Below, piece by piece: positions 39,467 to 53,054 of a DNA stretch of 64,000 bases. The translations under genes were made by a program, and so were the position numbers. This DNA comes from Lytechinus pictus. Lineage: Eukaryota. Every line of letters begins with the position of its first letter. Positions within the stretch are counted from its first letter, which is position 1. The stretch spans positions 4,278,001 to 4,342,000 of the forward strand of contig NC_087256.1 of assembly GCF_037042905.1 (NCBI RefSeq), written 5' to 3'. Under the pieces are notes generated by a model that was not told the origin of the DNA, searched no databases, and was given only the letters and a program-made list of their open reading frames with translations.

Positions 39467-42400
39467 TATATCATTCCCAAATGCCCCAAAAGCAAATTTA
39501 CATACGAATACCAAGTACATGTGCAAACTAATTTTCCCAACACCACACTCAAATGCATTCACTCTTCATATTCACTTACTGAAAATAAACAAAAATAACA
39601 GGATGCAAAATACTACTTCTTCATGTTAAACAAAGACGATTTTAATATTTTTTTTATGTCACCATCTTTCTTACCAATTTCTAGCAAAAAGTTTTTGTAT
39701 AACCGTACAAAGCAATATATACAAATATTCTGTAGATACATCAAACTTGTAAACAAAGAAAGACGGATGACCCACAGGCCTTTGAGAAAAATGGCAGAAG
39801 TATAGAAAAGAATTAAAATGGGGGAGGCTGAGAGGAGTATAAAATGAGAGATTGAGAAGAGAAGAAGAAACAGAACAGTGTAAGCCTACAATCTCTTTCC
39901 CCAAATCTTGGGGTTTTTCTTCTTCACTAAAATGTGTATTGTGAGCACTTACAGTATGAGTTTTGGATTATCATCTTATTTCTACTTAGAACAAATGCTG
40001 TAGAACCACAAGTTTATCTCTAAATATTTATTATTCGTTTCTATGTCTACTAGTAGGTATTAGTAATAATGTTATGCCTCCTATTACTACTACGGTATAC
40101 AAAAAGGTAAAACTTAAAACTGAAGTGAGAAAAACATCAGATTGAACTTTCCAAAAACAAAGTCCGAGAGTCTAAACTAGACTGTACAAAACCACAGCAC
40201 ACATGGTATAAACACCTGTTAAAACAAAGTATCAAAAGAATGAAAAACAGATGTAAAATAAACATGACATAACAATTATATAAATGTATAAATTATGCAT
40301 AACAATATTAAGAGTGGTTGCACTTGTATTTGCAGCATGAAAACAAATCTTTAAAAAATTTTAAGTAACAAAATTAAACAAAACCCATATCTGATTGCCT
40401 ATGACAGACTGACGTTAACCTGTCTAGCCTATTAAAATAAATGATCATCGAGCACATAACCTCAATAAGGGTTATGGTTATAAAAAAATAGGGCATGTTT
40501 AAAGATTTATGGAGTTTGAACTTGGTAAAGTAATGGACTAGTATATATAGAAGTGACAAACTACACAAGACTGTCTTGTACAAATATTTATTCTACATTC
40601 ATGTATGAATTTTTAATGATCATGTTGATACCAGTATACCAAGAAAGGTTTTAAGCCTAAGAGTTGGTTTTTTTTTTATATCAACCCATTACCTATATTC
40701 AACTTTCAAGGTGTTTTACAATTACCAATATATAAAATACAAACATTTTTATGTAGAAATGTAGAAATAGCCAATGGGGGAAAAGATGTAGAACTTCATG
40801 AACAAGTATATTATCTCATTGGATTCTCACAATAGATATTAAAGATATCCCCCTCTCCTAAAAACGAGAGAACACTGACGGCGAACACTCCTGCCAATCT
40901 TTCAAAAACAGATACATGTCTAATAGTGGACAGGCAAATTGTCTATTAACATCAACAATCCTGATGATACTTCACTATCAATGAATCATGGTGATTGTCA
41001 CTTTAGGGGGGGGGGGGGCGGACAAGACCATACTCAGAAGCTGCTTTACAAAATGTAAACCCCCACCCCCCCCCCACCCCCAAATGTCCAGTGCGCTGTG
41101 CTGGAAATAACCGCCAGATTGGCTTGAAAACATGTTTCGTATTAAAAATGGCCAGAAGTATCATGTACCTGTACTTTTGCGTGGGAATAATGTTCTCTAA
41201 ATTCAGTTTCTGCAGAGATTTTGACGAAAAAAACTTGACTTCAAGTCTTCAATGAAATTATTTTTTGTATATACACTGTACATATGCATGTTACCACATG
41301 AAAAATGAATACAAAACAATGACTCTATTCAATACTACTTACTACATGTAGTACAGGCACTAACTTGACAAATTCTAAGACAGATTTCAATACATTACCC
41401 TATTAAAATAGTGTATATTAGTGTATATTAGCAAACATGATAAAATTATGCTGAGAACTGTAAAATGATTGATAGGAAATTGTCTTATAATGAAATTGCA
41501 ACATTAATTTACACAAACTGCATTTGATGATACATGTACATCATGGTAGTGTCTCCACTTTCCATCAAATGAATGTTTAAAAAAAATATAAGCCTTATGA
41601 CATATTCATTTAGCATTTCTTTCGCTTCTTAATTCTTTAATATCTTTTTCAATTTCAGAATAATTGAGACTATATTATGTCTGCCATGTATATTTGAATG
41701 TCTAGTTGGTATTTTGGGTATTGGTATAAAGTACATGTATTCAACCCATCCAAAAACATCAACAACCAATTTTTGAGACTTCCATAATCATTATGAAAAC
41801 TTCAAAGAAACTGTATGATACAGCCTATACATGAACATAGGTGTGAATAAATAGTGAATCTTATGTAAACAAACCAATCCACAGCACATGTTGTTATGAT
41901 AAAAATCAGTCACACTCTTCAAGGTAAAAACTGTTTTTATTGGGACTACACCCTTTCAATGGTGCTCCACAAGAAAACAGATGGCAGTTTATTCACCAGT
42001 CGGAGAAAGCAGGGTAAATTTTATGATTGGGAAAATATGAATAACAATGCATATTTGCATGTCTTTTGGGCAGGAGAATAATTTATGACTGTATGACTGT
42101 TTACTAGTGAATTAATCTATTTCAGCAGAAGAACAGGAAGAGGAAATCAATAACAAAATGAGCTTAAAAACAACACTGTGACCTATAACTGGAAGAATTT
42201 ATACTGAAACATGTGAAATGTATACATTCTCTGAAAGTGTATAATTTATTTCTTGACAAAGCTTTTTCAGTTACAACTCTGCAATATATTTCTTTGACAC
42301 AAATATTAATCAAAAGATACTCCTTGGGTTGGTTAGTTGCACTAAGAGCTGTATTAAGATACGAATTAAAAAAAACAAATCACAAGTGCATTCTGATTTG

Positions 42401-42571
42401 TTGAAAATCAATTTGAGTTTGACTTCTGGAGTTGTATTTAATTGTCAGTCTTTCTGCAACAGGACTCCAGGCATTACCCTATGCAGTTCTTTTAATCAAT
42501 CATTTAGAAAATCAGACAAGATATATATCGGGCCTATATTTTTTAAGGACTCTCTACATTAAAAAAAAAAT

Positions 42572-42750
42572 TGTTGTTGATCGTCTTGATATCATACATT
42601 TATGACTCGTTCAATTCATATCGCAAGTAGATACATGAAAAGTTGTCAGTCAATAAAAAAAAATATGTTGTTGATTTTCTTGATATCATACATTTATGAC
42701 TCGTTCAATTCATATCGCAAGTAGATACATGAAAAGTTGTCCGTCAATAA
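42572..42750. repeat. ~94-bp tandem duplication
   Basis: TCTTGATATCATACATTTATGACTCGTTCAATTCATATCGCAAGTAGATACATGAAAAGTTGTC occurs twice. Confidence 0.85.
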
Positions 42751-42966
42751 CATGAAAAGTGAAATGCTTAGTCTTTATTGGTTGATAAACAACGGTAATA
42801 TCGCACATGTCATTTACCGACAACTTGTGTACTTCATATAGATCGCAACCATTAACTAACATAAAACTATGTTGAGTTGAAAATAATGGAGTAGAAAAAA
42901 GTGAGGGAGTGAAAAGTTAAAACAGAGGTTACAATATTTAGAACTTTTTTCAACATTTGTGATTAA

Positions 42967-43451
42967 AGGGGAAGTTCGCCCTGAAGAAAAGTTTGTTGTA
43001 AAATTAGCAGAAAAAATGATACAAAATATTGGTGAAGGTTTGAGGAAAATCCATAAAAGATCAATAAAGCTTTTCAAATTTTAGTTTAGGATTTGTGACA
43101 TCATAAACAAGCAGCTGTCCCATATGTTATGTAATATAAAATGCATGAATTTCATTTTTTTAATGGTTCCCGATGACTTATTTCAGATTTCTTTTCATGT
43201 GAAATGATTTGTCTATTGATATACAAAAGGTTCAGTAAAACCATTTTCAATTTTCTGAGAAACCTACATTTCATTGATTTTTTACCACTTGCTATGTAGG
43301 AATACTGCTCGCATATGATGTCACAAATCAAATAATTATAATTCTAAGAACTTTCTAATTCTTTGATGGATTTTTCTCAAACCTTCGGCAATATTTTGTA
43401 TTGTTTTATCTGCTATTTTTACAAAAAACTTTTTCAGGGTGAACTTCCCCT
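42967..43451. mobile_element. Kolobok-type MITE, family copy 2 (opposite orientation to copy 1)
   Basis: TTAA|AGGGGAAGTTCGCCCTGA ... TCAGGGTGAACTTCCCCT|TTAA; the interior is the reverse complement of the 37-kb copy. Confidence 0.8.
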
Positions 43452-46341
43452 TTAAATGAACCAATAATGACATGGTCAAACCTCATCAACATTCATTTTA
43501 TGCATGGATATAAAACTCTGTATTTTCACCTGTACTTTAATAGTATAATTACAATTCCACTGCCTACCTGTAAGTATCGTAAGTTACACATATCAGCATT
43601 TCATGAATTAAATTTAAAAAAATTACCATATTGTCTGGAGATTTAACTGTCTTTACTAAACAACTCATCTTATCTATTGCATGCATTTGACCTTGGAATA
43701 TAAAACATGTTTTTTCACGCTGCTATTAAAGCAGACAAAGTACAAATTACATGTAGGTATATTCACACTTGCCCCACAAGGAAAATATTGTATCCTAAGA
43801 ATGAAGATGAATTCACACCTCCAAATTATCACATTCATACCTGCATGGACAGTAACAAAAAGGCCTATATTTCATAAGTGTTTGTAGAGACTTTTGCATT
43901 CCTTTATATCCTCAGGCCTTTAATACCTCAAAAGTTCTTGTTATCCAAAAGCAAAATATCCCTGCTACCTTTGAGAAATCCTTGTAATTTAAGCTTTTGT
44001 TACTCTGAAAATCACATGCCGATCAATGAGTATTTTCATTGGGGTATGCGTACTTTGCTTTGACACTTGCAAGGTACATGTAAATGGTAGGCCTATATTC
44101 TAATCTAATCAGAGAGAGAGGGTCAGAGAAGAATACCGATCTCATTTTTTTTTTCTGATTTAGTAGGTGTGAATACAACTTATAACCTTGTGTAATCACA
44201 TCTATGCTATTACTAGGATACAGTGCATTAAACATGGAATCCAAAGTATCAGATAACATGGGCTTTCTGAAAAATGAATGGCATCTGCATGAACAAAGCA
44301 ACCATAAAACTCTATTAAGGCTGTGTTCAAGTCAACATATTTTTTAAATATAGAAACATATGTTTTCAAAGATTGTTAGACCCCTGTTACACCGGATTTC
44401 CTAAGTAGTCTCGGGCAGGTTTCTAATCACAAAAACCTACCCGAGACCCCTTCTGAGCAAACCTATCTTGGACCACCTCGCGATGTGTTCTGAGACCGGT
44501 CTCGGGGTGCCCCGAGACTGCGTTGGATTTGGTGTAAAGGCAAACCTGCCCGAGACTATGATGAGTATTGCATACATCCCAAGTTGACCTGTACTCCCTG
44601 GGTCAAACCTACTGACCTGTGATATGCAGTGGATGGGCTTTAAATAGACAGGAACAGGGTTCATGATTGAATGCTATCCTGTAGGAACAGTGTTTGTGTT
44701 TGGATTCTCACTTAGGAAAACTGTTGGAACACCTCCTCAAAGACTTGTTCCCTAAAAAGTACTTGATTACAAACTCGAACAAAGTCTAAATACATGGGTG
44801 AATCGATGTAAACCTATGAGTAATTATCGATAACTTCTTAGAGATTCTTTGTAGCAAGGATACAATAGATGATTTTGGGGAGAATCATTACTGGAAGACC
44901 GTGTCCATTTGACCTCCATCAACGGGACCTGTGAAAAATAAAATCAGTTTTGTTAAAACCTGGTTTTCATGTCAGTCATAAAATAACAGATGTATAAGCT
45001 GTTACAATGGTAATTACCGTGATGGTAAAGATAGCACTATTATAAGTCCTTTATGAAATAGGCCCCTGAATTCAGAAGAGATCCAAACCTGTGCAATATT
45101 TATGTCCTCTAATCAATATTCTGTTGACTACATTATGATTAAAAATCGTACCTGAAGAATGACTAATTAAAAAATCAAAATCTTTCCAGATTCAAGTGTG
45201 TTTATCAAAAATTTTCATGGCAATGCAAACATGCATATATGAAGAAAAAAACATCAAGTGTATTTCTAGATTTAAAAAGTAAAGAGATGATTTCTATTTC
45301 AGAAGCAATTCTGATCAACATGTCTAATTTTTAAGAAACGTAATTATAGCACTTGGCTTTCTTGAAATCATAGGTACAGAAGTTTTGTCTTGTCAATTTT
45401 TGTCCTTAACTTATCAACTACTAAAATCTTTCATTCCCATCCACTTTAGACAAACTTCATAGCCTTGTTCCAATAGACAATAATACACAAAAATCTGTCA
45501 ATAGAAGATAAATCTCCATCCATCATATCATTCAGGAAACATGATCATGATTGTTATCATAACAAGATACTTGTGCATTGTTATTAAAGATAATATTCAG
45601 TTTCTCATCTGAAATACTATCCTAGGCTGGCAAGCCACTGATGTCCATTAGTGACCGCACTGTGGTAAACCACAAAGTTGTAAACCCACTAGTATTTTCT
45701 TTCTTACAATCAACCTATCTTTATACATAATAGTACAAGTTCAAAAGTTGAACAACCAACTCAATAACCATATAATTAACTGTCAGCTTGTTTCATGGTT
45801 TTGGCAACATGAAAATAAATAAACATGAGTTGGTGATTGTGAACATGGGACAAATAGATTCCCCTTAATCTACATTGAAAATTTGTATATACAGCATTAT
45901 TTAAAGAATACACTTTCCTTTAAAAAAAAACAGGTTTTCAGAAATCAGAGTATTTTTATTAGACAGAGTGAAGTGTAATAACTATTATCCAATGACTACG
46001 GCCTGACAATAATGAAGTCTGAGGACTATTATTTGAGAAAAATAATATCTTAACACTTGAATTATTTTGTGTGAGTGAATGAATGTCTTTGAAAAAAAAT
46101 GGTTGTTGTTATAAAATGAATGCAAAAATAGACTATTTCCAATGTTTGACAAATATTACCTGCGCCCTGTTGCATAAAAATTTCTTTTATGGTAGCTTTG
46201 CAACATCCAATCAAAATAAAGGATTCAATGGAAGTTACCACTGGATGGAATTGTAACCATTATAGTAACTTTTATTCAACAGACTCTGATGGTTATTACC
46301 AAATGACTAATAGTTGATGACTAAAGAGTTTGATAACTATA

Positions 46342-46479
46342 CCTGGGGCCCGTAACACAAAGCTTAGCAATGATCGTAGAACATTTTTCTACGATTGATT
46401 ACATTGACTGCAATGTACAATCAAACATGAAAATCAAGCGAACGATCAATCGCTAACATTTCGTGTTACGAGACCCAGG
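46342..46479. mobile_element. Short MITE (TA TSD)
   Basis: TA|CCTGGGGCCCGTAACAC ... GTGTTACGAGACCCAGG|TA. Confidence 0.7.
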
Positions 46480-46546
46480 TAACTATTACCTAATTAAGAC
46501 CAAGTTTGATTTTACCTGCTTTGTAGAAGGTAGAGATGAAAGACTA

Positions 46547-46776
46547 CTACATCCAGTCATAGAGAAGACCCATCTGTGCTAGACACACCTCAGTCACCAC
46601 ACTTGTCTCATCTGAAGAAGAATTGAGATGGTTTCTAAGTTGGTCTACATAGTCACCTATCTGGAGTAGACTGATTTGGTCATCATTGGATAGCTGTTTC
46701 CTGCACACAGATGACCAAAGCAACAAGGACTTGGAAAATGTTGACTTCTTACTTAGCTCATCCTTGGACTGACCTC
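46547..46776 (-). CDS. SIMC1: SIMC1-like last coding exon
   Basis: CT-rich tract + tag|(G)GQSKDELSKKSTFSKSLLLWSSVCRK...LYDWM-TAG; phase 1 matches the previous exon. Confidence 0.78.
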
Positions 46777-47794
46777 CTATACAACATATGGTGATAGGAA
46801 GACATAGTGAGAGGGAAGAGAGAGAGAGAGACAGAGACAGAGAGAGACAGAATGGGTGAGGGGTGGGGGAGAATGAGACAGACAGACAGAGAGAGATATA
46901 CAAAATGAAATTAATACCACAATCAATACCATTCCTGCAAGTTATTGCCTGTGCTTAATAAACTTCACAATTGGTAATAATAAGAAATTACCTCATCACA
47001 GACCTTTTCTGGGTGGTGATAAATACCAATTACTTAGTCAAAATCAATTATCAGAAGTGGTACTAAATGAATAAATAAACATGCTATCATAACCAAAAAA
47101 GAGAAATTAAAGGTGCAGGATATTTATCAATTTGATCACTAGATGTGGCAATTATCCAAAGTGAATATACCACTGATTGGATGAAAGCGTAAGTGTGGAG
47201 GCAAAGTAATTTTCCCGCCAAATCAATTATGAGGAATAATTGCTCGAATATATTTGCTTGTGATAAAATTAAATGCATATATATCTTTTCAGCTGCATCC
47301 ACTGCCAAGGTATGAAGGGGGAAATTACCTTCTTTCTCCTTTATCAAAAACAAGGAAACTTGATATTTTGCCAGATCAAGTTTTTCACATGGTCTCTTCA
47401 ATTCAATACAATATGAACATAGATATATGGATTCTGATTATTTCAAAGTCTCCATTTCTAAGTCTTTGTGCCACTTGTACATTTAATTCAATATGAGATT
47501 TTCTATAAACATAGCCTATTCATGCTCAGTGTCTTATGCTGTTTCTCACCTTTGCATGAGATGCGATCAAACCTTGAAAGCGATTACGGTAAGAAAAATC
47601 ATTCATTGGCACATTAACCTAGATAATGACATGATATAAGAAACTCCCATATGAAGCTACAGTTATACCACAAAACCAACTATTCAGTGATGAAATCTAT
47701 TATGTTATTTCCAATGGCGTATCATCCGTCTCTTTGGAGTCAGTCTGGTGTGACTGCAGTATAGAATCTAGGAGTGATCAGTGTGTGTACTCAC

Positions 47795-48071
47795 CACTAC
47801 AGCATTGGAGGTAACTCCGCAGCATGACAAGAAGCAGATAGGCCATCTCTTCTTTACTACTCTTACTGAATCTGGTCTCCATCACCTCATCTTCCATATC
47901 TCCCCCATTGTTCAAGTTTGAGGAGGGTGATTTTGGCAGGAAGAGGAAGTACTCCTCAACGATTCTTGTGATGGAGATGTTCTCTCTTGGCTGACTGAAG
48001 ATATTGGATTCAAATCGCTTGTTGAAGATCAGTTCGCTGAGCTTGAGTCTCAGCCATGGCTGCTGGAGTGT
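47795..48071 (-). CDS. SIMC1: SIMC1-like exon
   Basis: aacag|TLQQPWLRLKLSELIF...EEMAYLLLVMLRSYLQCCS(G)|gtgagt, open and in phase with both neighbours. Confidence 0.82.
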
Positions 48072-48710
48072 CTGTTAACAGTTCACAAACAAACACAAAG
48101 AAAATAGAAATACCCACATGACATCAGGTTCTCTGTAATAAGGGTTGCCTTTAATCCATTCTTATGTGACCATATCATAATTATTTTATTCAGACAAAAA
48201 CTTGTATTCATCCAATACAGTTACAAGGATATAAGACTAATCAAACAGCTCAAGGAACAAACTGCTCAAATGTACATGTACATTACATTAATCTTAATCA
48301 ACAACATTCAACTTGGTGAATAATGTACATATGAGCAAACTTTGGTTGTTGACCAAGCATCTATATTCAACATTATTTCTCACAAGAAAGGTTGCAAGTA
48401 CACTTGAATCATAAAAAAGATGCTTGCAAATGCTTTATACCATATACATGTATGACCTAAAGACAAACTTTGAACTTGGCATTTGATTTTTGAAACCACT
48501 ATCACACTGAGGTACTCCCAATTCAACTACATGTACATGTATGTGCAAATTTTTGTTATTTAAAGTGACAGTCATGAAATGATAAGTCACAAGAGAGAAA
48601 CCCCTTCATCTTTGGTGGGCACGACAAAAAATACAAATGTGTAACATGAATGAATTTAAAATTTGATTTGCATTCTCTATAAATGTATAAATATCAAATG
48701 GTCAAATTAC

Positions 48711-50543
48711 CTCAAAGAGGAGTCTCAGCTGTGGCAGTCCTTTGAGATCGCAGCTTTTCAGTTCCTCAACAGTCCTCTGTAAATGTGTTTTTAAGGTCCA
48801 AGAGTCTGCCATTCTGAAGCTTAATTCCAAGAGCTTCCCAAGTAGAGGAAGGAGATAACTCACATGGCAAGTACTTTCTGGACATCGACAGCTAAGGACT
48901 GTTGACCTGAATGTAGACGCACTGCACCCAGGTGAAGGTTCCAATTCAGAAACTACCTTATGGATCCACCTGACAACTTCTTGACAATTGTTCCTACAAG
49001 TGTCCGGATTGAGGATTGAGAAGGCATAGGACTTCTTCAGTGTGTTCCACCTTGCCTTGCGCTCTAGATCATCCTCAAGAATGGACACAAGGTAGTGTAG
49101 AGACAGCAGGTCTATGTGCCAACTATTGACAGCTAAAACACTATCATTTAGATCACCGTTTGATGGTACACTGACTAGCGCCGTTGCGACAGTTCTGACG
49201 AGATCCCACTCAATGGGAAAATCCCTTGCATTTGGATGATGTAGCTGCTGTATCTTTTTGAGGCACCTGTACACTATCAAAGCTTCTGCATTACTTTTGC
49301 CCTTTCTTAAGGTCTCATGGAAGAGTTCTTGAAGAAGATGCGGTGGTGGTTTATGGTTTATTGTTGTGAACTTTTCTATCAAGTTTAGTGCTGCCTGCGT
49401 GAATTCCTCCTCATGACAGGCATTTACTGCATTGCATTTATCATCACTAAAGGGCTTAGTTCTCTTATGCATGTGTTTATATTTTCTTACAGAAAGATCA
49501 CTGGCTTTTGTATCCTCTGGAGCTAACAAGAAAGATCCCCAGCAGGCATCTGTTACTTGTTCCTCATTTTCAGCCACTTCTCCTGAAGAATGTCTTGATC
49601 GATCATCATCTGAAACGGATAAAGGTTGTACTGGTAGCGGTGCTCTTTCAGGGGAAGGTACATGTTCTCTCTTGACAGGTCTTTGCTCAGTTGCTTCATG
49701 ACTCTCCACAGTCTGTGTATTCAAATACAGCTCATTGGCATTGCTGGATGTCGGCACAGTTGTGTATAAAGGTACCACTTCCTCAAGTATCGGATACTCC
49801 GGTAAGTCGCTGGAATCTGATTGTTCAGCATCGTCATCACCATCATCTTGAATTCTAAAATGATCTGAGCCATTGCTCACTGACACTCCATGGGTAAGAT
49901 TTGCTTGTTCACAAACGATCGCATCATCACAGTCAATCTCTGAATCTGAATAGTGTTCATGACCAGCATGATGATCAGACAAATCACTCATAGAGTCAAC
50001 GGGGATAGGCTGGAGATCTTTCTGCAAACTTGCATTATTTTGATCCAAATCAGAATCTAAACAAATCACATCAGAGTCGCTCGAGTTGAGCTTCGGCGAC
50101 CTCCTAGTTCTCTCATTTGTACCATCATTGTCTCCAGAGCTGTCGGATATGGTGTAAATCTCCTCATTTTGGGGAGAACTACATGCAGACGTTGTCCTCC
50201 TTTCCTTGAGAGTAGGCACATCTGTAAACTCATCATCTGAAATTGCCTCATAATCCGATGACAGTGACATTTTCTTTTTCCGCTTGACTGGAATACTGTC
50301 CTCTCTGTTGATGAGGGAAGGATGAATCAGTGCACTTATGTTGAAATTCACATTGACAGGAATCAAGCCACTACTCATGAGGCTGTTCCTACTTGCCATC
50401 AATGCCATGTCACTTGTTGTTGAGTGTTGATGAGTCTTTTTGTAAGTTCTCATGCTCTCCTGATCAAGGGATTTCATTCTCTGGATGGGTCTCTTATGCC
50501 GGTGCCTACGTTTCTTTGATGACCTGAAGGTCACAGCTCCCTC
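48711..50543 (-). CDS. SIMC1: SUMO-interacting motif-containing protein 1 (SIMC1/C5orf25, Nse5-like) orthologue, large internal exon (611 codons); 5' exon(s) not found in window
   Basis: ttccag| acceptor and |gtaatt donor. Acidic disordered region with SIM-like motifs (EIYTISDS, DVICLDSD), then EEEF..ALNLIEKF..PP..VYRCLKKIQQLHHPNA..LHYLVSILEDD..NCQEVVRWI, which resembles the SIMC1 C-terminal domain (recognised from memory, not searched). Confidence 0.82.
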
Positions 50544-51317
50544 CTGGAAATACAAGATAAAAAGAAAATGAACTACAGGTTTATTGAAGGGAGACAAAAG
50601 GCATTCATCACCAAATAGATGATAATTTTTCCTTGATGCTTATTGGTATAATATTACAGTCCCAAGTTTTCTGTTTTCTCAAATAAAAACTCTTCTGTGT
50701 TTTAGTATTAAGATTCTGTGTTTCTCAGTCACATCGTCCAAAACCGGTTTGACGGGCAGCGTTTTCACTGATCAATGCATCATGGTTTTGTAATATTGGA
50801 TTTGCTTTGATTTTCATTGTATTTTTCAGAATTCAATTTTGATGGGCCTGAAACATTGTGTTTTCCAGGAAATTCTATTTTGATTTTTCCTGTTTTTGGT
50901 ATCACAGAACTGGGGACTCTAATATTATACAAATGATGCATCCCCGAATTCATTACAGTCTACAAGCACCTGCACTCAACTACAGAATAGATAATTGCAA
51001 TGCTGACCTCAAAGTGCACAACAATGCATGTGGGTAATTTCCTTGAAAAGATGTTCAAGTTCAAGTTCATTTATTAAAACCAATAAACAATATAAAATCA
51101 AATACAAAACATATATCATAAGATGGTTAGGACCAAAATGAAGCCGAAGCTTGTGAATATTGGCCCTTTACATAAAATATATAAAATACATTATGAAAAC
51201 AATGTCAACAAATTAAATTAACAAGTAATCGATTAAGAAATACTTCCATACATACACAGCCTAGAAACACCCATACACACACCCACACACTCACAGACAC
51301 ACATACAAACAAGGATC

Positions 51318-53054
51318 CTATATTTCATTAAGTAATTGTTTTTTACAGAGTTTTTTAAATCTAGATAAAGTAGTACTTTCCTGGATTGAGTTATGTAAAT
51401 TATTCCAATATTTGATACCATTGTAGGAAAGAGATATTAATGACGAGGTTAAACGTAATTTGGGAAGATGAAATTGATTTTTCTGGCGAGTTGAATAGGA
51501 ATGGACATTATAATTATGAATGAATATATTGCAAAATTTTAGAGGAAACATTTTGTTTTTGATTAGATACATAAATATTAATGAATTGAGAATAGTCATT
51601 TTCTGAATAGGCAAAATATTTAGTTCTTTAAATAAAGGGGTAGAGCTCGAGTTAATATTAGATTTAGTAATAACTCTTACTGATTTCTTTTGTAAAATAT
51701 GTAATTTGCCCAGGTGGGATGTATATGTATTCCCCCAGATATGATTACAATAATTGATATATGGATGAACAATAGCATAATAAATAATTTTCAACACATT
51801 ACAAGGTAGTACAAATTTTAATTTTCGTAGAATACCAGCACCCCTAGCTATAGATTTAGATATTACAGATATATGTGGAGTCCAATCAAGATATTCATTA
51901 ATTATAACACCTAAAAATTTTACATCATGTAATTGTGAGATTGGAACACCATCAATTAATAATTGAGGTAGTGTTTGTGGTACCCTTCTCTTTCTTGTTC
52001 TAAATAATAGATAATTAGTCTTATTTAGATTCAAGGCTAGTTTGTTAGCCTTGAACCATAAGGACACATTTGAGATTTCCCTGTTTGCTGATGAGTAAAG
52101 TGTATGTAAATTTTTTTGACTAATCGTTGCTACAGTGTCGTCAGCAAACAGGGAAAATTTGAAATAAACAGAAGAATGGATGATATCATTTATGTAAACA
52201 AGAAAGAGAAGGGGACCAAGAACAGAGCCTTGAGGAATTCTGTGCTCTATATTCTTTACAGATGATTTTACACCATCGACCACCACATATTGTTTTCTAT
52301 TGTTTAGGTAACTTGCAAACCAGTTATATGCTATTCCTCTGATTCCATAATGTTCAAGTTTTTTTAACAAGATGTGATGGTCGATGGTGTCAAAGGCCTT
52401 TGATAAGTCCATGAAAAATCCAATAGAGTAATTAGATTTTTCCATTTCCTGTTGAATACAATGAGATAAATTGAAAATAGCTAAATCAGTTGAAAATTGC
52501 TTACGAAAGCCAAATTGTTCATCTATTAATATATCATTACTTTGCAAAAATTTATAAAGACGACAATAAATTACTTTTTCAATAATCTTTGAAAAAAAAG
52601 GAAGAATTGCAATGGGTCGATAATTTGACATATCACTTGAATCTCCTTTCTTATAAATGGGTACTATTTTAGAAAGTTTGATTTTATCAGGCACTTCTCC
52701 ACAACATAATGATCTATTGATAATATAACATTGAGGTTCTGCAATATAGTGAATAGAAGACTTAACAACCCTTGATGATATCTCATCTGGCCCTGTGGAC
52801 TTAGATAGTCGAATATTTGAAGTAATTCTAATGATTTCATATACGGATGTAGGATTCATAAAAAGTGAATTAAGTGTTCTATTCACTGGTAAATAATCAT
52901 AAAAAGACTTATCTGTATGAATGCTTTCCGCAATGTTTTTTCCGATCGATAAGAAATAATTATTGAATTCTTCAATGATATCTTTTTTGGAATGTAATTT
53001 CATATTTCCATTATACATAACTGAGGGAAGTTTTTTATGTTTAGTGTTTCCTAA
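51318..53054 (-). pseudogene. LINE ORF2 reverse transcriptase and C-terminal domain
   Basis: Motifs NYRPIAIL, QFGFRK, DLSKAFDTIDH, PQGSVLGPLLF, LFADD, KFLGV and YWNNL. Confidence 0.92.

Noticed and set aside
49432-49701. Plus-strand 89-aa ORF
   Set aside because: Antisense shadow of the SIMC1 exon.
50544-50597. N-terminal MSPFNKPVVHFLFILYFQ of the 631-aa ORF
   Set aside because: This is the intronic pyrimidine tract and acceptor; the exon begins at 50543.
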